Below, in pieces: positions 61,627 through 64,000 of a DNA stretch of 64,000 nucleotides (position 1 is the first letter of the stretch; every line of letters begins with the position of its first letter). The notes under the pieces are model-generated. The model did not search any database and was not told where the DNA came from. It saw only the letters and a list, made by a program, of their open reading frames with translations. Position numbers and translations under genes: made by a program. The DNA comes from an uncultured bacterium (lineage in GTDB: Bacteria > Chlamydiota > Chlamydiia > Chlamydiales > SM23-39), in contig OY970323.1 in the NCBI GenBank assembly GCA_963716985.1, positions 992,001 through 1,056,000 of the forward strand. Reading direction: 5' to 3'.

Positions 61627-62407
61627 TTTTTCTCTCCTTTCTGACACGGGGATGATTTTCTAAGGTATCTTTTAAGAATTTAATGATCGGATCATCGATC
61701 TGCATAAAGCTATCGGGATCGGCAATATAAAGAATTTTTCCGTCTTTTAAAAGAGCGATGCGGTCGGCGACAAAAAGGGCCGAGTGGATGTCATGCGTGA
61801 CGATGATGCTGGTCCCTTTGAGCTCATTTTGCGTTTTGATGATGAGCTCATTGATGGTTTGAACGGTAAGAGGATCTAAGCCCGTAGTGGGTTCATCATA
61901 AAGAAGAATGCTGGGACGATAGGCAATGAGGCGGGCAAGGGCGGCCCGTTTTTTCATGCCTCCGGAAAGATCGGAGGGCATTTTCTTTTCCGTGTTTTCG
62001 AGCCCTACCATAGAAAGAGATTCTCTGACGCGTGCTTTGATTTCTTCTTTTGAGAAAAATTTCCCCGAATGGGGGTCGGGATTATGCTTTAAGTAAAAGC
62101 CCGTATTTTCTTCGATGTTGAGAGAGTCGAAAAGGGCGGACCCTTGAAAGAGCATTCCCATGTTTTTCACGGCGTCTGCATACTCTTTTTTCTTTAATGC
62201 CGAAATGTTCACGCCGTCGATTTCTACGCATCCCTTGTCCGGTTTTTCAAGGCCGAGAATCTGGCGAAGGAGCACGCTTTTCCCAATGCCGGACCGTCCT
62301 AATATAACGATGATTTCCCCTTGCAGGATCTCCAAAGAAAGACCTTGCAAAACCGGGTTTTTCTCATATTTTTTCCAAAGATCTTTGATCTGGATCATTG
62401 TGCCCAA
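61619..62407 (-). CDS. mlaF: ABC transporter ATP-binding protein MlaF
   Basis: GRSGIGKS, MGMLFQGSALFDS, LSGGMKKR, LYDEPTTGLDP. Confidence 0.9.
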   Translation of the reverse strand: MGTMIQIKDLWKKYEKNPVLQGLSLEILQGEIIVILGRSGIGKSVLLRQILGLEKPDKGCVEIDGVNISALKKKEYADAVKNMGMLFQGSALFDSLNIEENTGFYLKHNPDPHSGKFFSKEEIKARVRESLSMVGLENTEKKMPSDLSGGMKKRAALARLIAYRPSILLYDEPTTGLDPLTVQTINELIIKTQNELKGTSIIVTHDIHSALFVADRIALLKDGKILYIADPDSFMQIDDPIIKFLKDTLENHPRVRKERKNV

Positions 62408-63207
62408 TTGTTGAGAATGCTCGTATGAATCGAGTTTAACGCCATCGTCAGGAAAAAGTCGAAGACCAGGATCGTCACATAACTGATGACAACGCTTGTC
62501 GTGGTGGCCCTCCCGACCCCGGCAGCGCCTCCCTTTGTTTTCATGCCCTTATAACAACAAATGGTCACTAAAAGAATTCCAAAGATAAAAGATTTTGTCA
62601 CTCCCATGGTGATGTCAAAGGCGGAAATCTGAATTTTCATGGGATCGAAATAGCTCGAGGGGGTCATGCCGAAGAAATCGCAGGCGATGAGGTAGCCGCC
62701 AAAAATTCCTAAGATCATGCTGAATATGGTAAGCAGGGGGACCATGAGAAATCCCGCAAGAAAACGAGGGGCGATGAGATAGCGATTGGGGTCCACGGCC
62801 ATCGATCGAAGCGCATCGACCTGCTCGGTGACTTTCATCGTACCGAGCTCGGCTGCCATCGAAGAGCCCACCCTGCCGGTGACCATCAAAGCTGTCAAAA
62901 CGGGGCCCAGTTCCGTGATCATTGCTTTTGCTACCATGATGCCCGTGACTCCGGCCAAGCCCTTTTCGCTGAGCTGGTAGAAAGATTGTGCTGCCAGAAT
63001 GGTCCCGGTGGAAATGCCGGTAAACGAGACAACGTTCAATGAGGTAACGCCGATTTGGTAGAGCTGTTCGCGCAATATGGCCCAGGAGGGCGGTCGTTTA
63101 AAAATGGTGATGAATACGTCGATAATCAGCGATAGATACTCTCCAAAGGCAGAAAAGATCTGCACTGCCTTTTCTTTGAACGTTTGAAAGAATCCCTCGC
63201 TTTCCAT
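62395..63207 (-). CDS. mlaE: ABC transporter permease MlaE
   Basis: ELGPVLTALMVTGRVGSSMAAELGTMKVTEQVDAL, GVGRATT. Confidence 0.92.
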   Translation of the reverse strand: MESEGFFQTFKEKAVQIFSAFGEYLSLIIDVFITIFKRPPSWAILREQLYQIGVTSLNVVSFTGISTGTILAAQSFYQLSEKGLAGVTGIMVAKAMITELGPVLTALMVTGRVGSSMAAELGTMKVTEQVDALRSMAVDPNRYLIAPRFLAGFLMVPLLTIFSMILGIFGGYLIACDFFGMTPSSYFDPMKIQISAFDITMGVTKSFIFGILLVTICCYKGMKTKGGAAGVGRATTTSVVISYVTILVFDFFLTMALNSIHTSILNNWAQ

Positions 63208-63520
63208 AAAAAGTCCCTTAAAATCGCATTGTACGTAAAGCATCTTTTCAAAGCAAAACAATCTATAGTGAATGATTCGCATGAGAAAACTCATGGCGAA
63301 ATGAGAAGTTTTTTTCCGATTTTTTGCAGATCAAAGATGGTTTTTAGAGGAGGAAAAAATCTGCCCCTCCGGAAGGAAGGGAGGGGAGATAGCAAACAGT
63401 ATCAAAACCCACAATCCTTCAACCTGAAGTCCCAAAGATTTGGCTACTTCCAATATCGGAACAGTGCTCTACGTTATGATCGGGCCTCTCATGGAGCAGA
63501 TGCTTTATGGGCAATTCTAA

Positions 63521-63832
63521 CTATACGGCCCTTCTGAAATTTGGAATGAGATCTAATCCGCGAATTAGAGTCATGAAAGTCTTGAGTTCAGGATTGCCAT
63601 CCGAAGACAAAGTATGGTAAATCTGTTCTCGTCTTAAATGGGTTTTTTTCGCTAAATTACTTTTGCCACCTTGAGCTTCAGCAACATTGCGAAGAGCAAG
63701 CAGGAAAAGATGTTGCGACTCTTCCTCTCCCTTAAGACATTCTTCCCATGCGGCATTTAGATAAGCAACAGCCTCTTCCTCGTCTTTCAAGGATTCGATA
63801 AGTTCATCTTGATATTTTCTGCTTCTTTTCAC
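63521..63832 (-). CDS. Addiction-module antidote (HTH XRE antitoxin)
   Basis: AYLNAA, FLLALRNVAEAQGG, LAKKT.LRRE.IY.TLS..GNPELKTF. Confidence 0.85.
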   Translation of the reverse strand: MKRSRKYQDELIESLKDEEEAVAYLNAAWEECLKGEEESQHLFLLALRNVAEAQGGKSNLAKKTHLRREQIYHTLSSDGNPELKTFMTLIRGLDLIPNFRRAV

Positions 63833-63881
63833 CCGAAACCTCCTTATAATCTTTTAAATAGCCATAAGCTAACTCTACTTC

Positions 63882-64000
63882 AGAATAAACCAGTTTCTGA
63901 GAGGGCATTACACCTACTATGGCTTAGGAGGCAATCTCAAAGCCCTGAGCAAGATCTATCGCCATGCAGAAAAGTCATGGAGGACAGCGCTCAGCAAGCG
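63882..64000 (+). pseudogene. Group II intron reverse transcriptase/maturase domain-X fragment (5'-truncated, runs off window)
   Basis: Translates RINQFLRGHYTYYGLGGNLKALSKIYRHAEKSWRTALSK; in-frame stop at 63870 just upstream. Confidence 0.7.

Overview
This window is a chromosomal segment of a Chlamydiota (environmental chlamydia-like) bacterium. The assignment rests on the rpoB-rpoC-tal-V-type ATPase synteny, the infC-rpmI-rplT-pheS block and several proteins that look Chlamydiae-specific. The conserved backbone (rpoBC, tal, V-ATPase E-C-A-B-D-I-K, deoC, three tRNAs, translation genes, mlaEFD) is interleaved with accessory DNA. That DNA carries effector-like genes (Fic, RING-H2 plus ankyrin, Ser/Thr kinase, kinase-OTU deubiquitinase, Inc-like proteins), toxin-antitoxin modules, and decayed IS1202-like, IS4/IS50-like and group II intron remnants. 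The most striking element is absent from the ORF track: a 351-bp protein-free IS200/IS605 (IscB-type) element consisting of a HEARO/omega-RNA between two end hairpins. It sits exactly between the ribosome-binding site and the ATG of the first V-ATPase gene, and a second, truncated copy lies at 57.3 kb. A second notable structure is an expanding array at 52-60 kb. There, the overlapping 3' ends of two convergent genes are repeated four times and bracket cargo genes and reassorted effector-like paralogues. All assignments come from reading sequence motifs by eye; no database searches were run.
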